Below are positions 60,784 to 64,000 of a DNA stretch of 64,000 bases, piece after piece. A program made the translations under genes and the position numbers. The notes below the pieces were generated by a model. It made no database searches. It had not been told where the DNA came from and saw only the letters and a program-made list of their open reading frames with translations. Position 1 is the stretch's first letter, and every line of letters begins with the position of its first letter. The DNA is from Antedon mediterranea (lineage: Eukaryota; Animalia; Echinodermata), in NCBI RefSeq assembly GCF_964355755.1, contig NC_092673.1:10292001-10356000 (forward strand), in the 5' to 3' direction.

Positions 60784-63150
60784 CTCTCTCTCGCTGATCT
60801 ATCTCTCTCTCGGTGATCTATCTCTCTCTCGCTGATCTATCTCTCTCTCGCTGATGTATCTCTCTCTCTCACTGATCTATCTCTCTCTCGCTGATCTATC
60901 TCTCTCTCTCTCGCTGATCTATCTCTCTCTCGCTGATCTATCTCTCTCTCGCTGATCTATCTCTCTCTCGCTGATCTATCTCTCTCTCGCTGATCTCTTT
61001 CTCTCTAGCTGATCTATCTCTCTCTCACTGATCTCTCTCTCTCTTTCTCTCTCTCTCTCTGTCTCTCTCTCTCTCTCCTCCGCTGATCTATCTCTCTCTC
61101 GCTGATCTATCTCTCTCTCGCTGATCTATCTCTCCCTCGCTGATCTATCTCTCTATCGCTGATCTATCTCTCTCTCTCGCTGATTTATCTCTCTCTCGCT
61201 GATCTATATCTCTCTCTCGCTGATCTATCTATCTCTCTCTCGCTGATCTATCTATCTATCTATCTCTCTCTCTGGCTGATCTATCTATCTCTCTCTGGCT
61301 GATCCATCTCTCTCTCGCTGATCTATCTATCTCTATCTCGCTGATCTATCTATCTCTCTCTCGCTGATCTATCTATCTCTCTCTCTCGCTGATCTATCTC
61401 TCTCTCTCTCTCGCTGATCTATCTCTCTCTCTCGCAGATCTATCTCTCTCTCGCTGATCTATCTCTCACTCGCTGATCTATCTATCTATCTATCTCTCTC
61501 TCTGGCTGATCCATCTCTCTCTCGCTGATCTATCTATCTCTATCTCGCTGATCTATCTATCTCTCTCTCGCTGATCTATCTATCTCTCTCTCTCGCTGAT
61601 CTATCTCTCTCTCTCTCTCGCTGATCTATCTCTCTCTCTCGCAGATCTATCTCTCTCTCTCGCTGATCTATCTCTCACTCGCTGATCTATCTCTCTCTCG
61701 CTGAACTATCTCTCTCTCTCGCTGATCTATCTCTCTCTCTCTCGCTGATCTATCTCTCTTTCGCTGATCTATCTCTCTCTCTCGCTGATCTATCTCTCTC
61801 TCGATGACCTATCTCTCTCTCTCGCTGATCTATCTCTCTCTCTCGCTGATCTATATCTCTCTTGCTGATATATCTCTCTCTCTCGCTGATCTATCTCTCT
61901 CGCTGATCTATCTCTCTCTCGCTGATCTATCTCTCTCTCGCTGATCTATCTCTCTCTCGCCGATCTATCTCTCTCTCGCTGCTCTATCTCTCTCTCTCTC
62001 GCTGATCTTTCTCTCTCTCGCTGATCTATATCTCTCTCGCTGATCTATCTCTCTCTCTCTCTCGCTGATCTATCTCTCTCTCGCTGATCTATCTCTCTCT
62101 CGCTGATCTATCTCTCCATCGCTGATCTCTTTCTCTATCACTGATCTATCTCTCTCTCTCGCTGATCTCTCTCTCTCTCTCTCTCGCTGATCTATCTCTC
62201 TCTCTCGCTGATCTATCTCTCTCTCGCTGATCTATCTCCCTCGCTGATCTATCTCTCTCTAGCTGATCTATCTCTCTCTCGCTGATCTATCTCTCTCTCG
62301 CTGATCTATCTCTCTCTCGCTGATCTATCTCTCTCTCTCGCTGATCTATCTCTCTCTCTCTCTCGCTGATCTATCTCTCTCTCTCGCTGATCTATCTCTC
62401 TCTCGCGCTGATCTATCTATCTATCTATCTCTCTCTCTCTCTCTCTCGCTGATCTATCTCTCTCTCTCGCTGATCTATCTCTCTCTCTCGCTGATCTATC
62501 TATCTCTCTCGCTGATCTATCTCTCTCTCTCGCTGATCTATCTCTCTCTCTCGCTGATCTATCTATCTCTCTCGCTGATCTATCTCTCTCTCTGTCGCTG
62601 ATCTATCTCTCTCTGTCGCTGATCTATCTCTTTCTGTCGCTGATCTATCTCTCTCAGTCGCTGATCTATCTCTCTCTCTCTCTCTCTCGCTGATCTATCT
62701 CTCTCGCTGATCTATCTCTCTCTCGCTGATCTATGTCTCTCTCGCTGATCTATCTCTCTCTCGCTGATCTATCTCTCTCGCTGATCTATCTCTCTCTCGC
62801 TGATCTATCTCTCTCTCTCTTTCGCTGATCTATCTCTCTCTCGCTGATCTATCTCTCTCTCGCTGATCTATCTCTCCATCGCTGATCTCTTTCTCTATCA
62901 CTGATCTATCTCTCTCTCTCGCTGATCTCTCTCTCTCTCTCTCGCTGATCTATCTCTCTCTCTCGCTGATCTATCTCTCTCTCGCTGATCTATCTCTCTC
63001 TCGCTGATCTATCTCTCTCTCTCGCTGATTTATCTCTCTATCGCTGATCTATCTCTCTCTCGCTGATCTATCTCTCTCTCGCTGATCTATCTCTCTTTCT
63101 CTTGATGATCTCTCTCTCTCTCGCTGATCTATCTCTCTCTCGCTGATCTA
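60784..63150. repeat. CT-rich compound mini/microsatellite, unit GCTGATCTAT(CT)nC, about 18-26 bp
   Basis: Directly visible. Confidence 0.97.
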
Positions 63151-64000
63151 ATAGCTTTAAAACGGATTTGGAGACGTTTTAGACCATTTTGTGCATTTCG
63201 ATGAAACTTGGTTACACAAAAACATGTGCATACAATAGCTTAATATCGTATTTGAGACGTTTTAGACCATTTTGAGCATTTCGATGAAACTTTTCACACA
63301 AAAACAACAAAGTGCACAAAATAGCTTCAAATCGCATTTGGAGACGTTTTAGACCATTTTGTGCATTTCGATGAAACTTTTCACACAAAACATAAAAGTG
63401 CACAAAATAGCTTCAAATCGCATTTGGAGACGTTTTAGACCATTTTGTGCATTTCGATGAAACTTGATTACACAAAAACATCACAAGTCCTTAAAATCAC
63501 ATTTGAAACCGTTTTAGAACATTTTGAGCATTTCGAAAAAATTGTTAACATAAAAACACGAAAGTGCTTAGAATAGCTTCAAAGCGGATTTGGAGACGTT
63601 TGAGGCCATTTTGTGCATTTCCTTAAAACTTTTCACACAAAAACATCAAAATGCATATAATAGCTTAATATCGTATTTGGAGACGTTTTAGACCTTTTTG
63701 TGCATTTCGATGAAACTTTTCACACAAAAACAACAAAGTGCATACAATAGCTTATTATCGTATTTGGAGACGTTTTAGACCATTTTGTGCATTTCGATGA
63801 AACTTTTCACACAAAAACATCAAAGTACAAAAAATAGCTTCAAATCGCATTTGGAGACGTTTTAGACCATTTTGTGCATTTCATTAAAACTTTTCACACA
63901 AAAACATCAAAATGCATATAATAGCTTAATATCGTATTTGGAGACGTTTTAGACCTTTTTGTGCATTTCGATGAAACTTTTCACACAAAACAACAAAGTG
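63151..64000. repeat. Third satellite, ~86-bp monomer (runs off the window)
   Basis: GGAGACGTTTTAGACCATTTTGTGCATTTCGATGAAACTTTTCACACAAAA recurs at about 63170, 63254, 63340, 63426 and onward. Confidence 0.92.

Overview
AT-rich animal (probably marine invertebrate) heterochromatin-like window with no prokaryotic features. Most of it is a ~260-bp tandem satellite whose monomer carries a tRNA-like core with A box, B box and T-tract (1-18290, 39890-42208, 52510-59060). It ends in a ~187-bp satellite, a CT-rich minisatellite and an ~86-bp satellite. Embedded in the 260-bp satellite are two tandem copies of a ~10.3-kb composite: the right half of an intron-containing Chapaev-type DDE transposon, followed by a GC/CpG-rich, intronless, virus-like gene block. 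That block encodes a divergent TATA-binding-protein (TBP)-like ORF, two orphan ORFs, and a ~1000-aa family-B DNA polymerase with Pol-alpha-like motifs that is fused at its N-terminus to two CARD-like domains. Both copies are decaying, mostly through complementary lesions. Copy 1 additionally carries a full-length Tx1/L1-type LINE, a truncated RTE LINE and a 4.4-kb non-autonomous Chapaev with a nested TIR element; all have readable target-site duplications (TSDs), and the three outer insertions have empty sites in copy 2. Three Helentron-associated (HINE/DINE-1-like) elements are also present, two carrying tRNA-Val-like modules. All protein assignments are by-eye motif recognition, not database searches.
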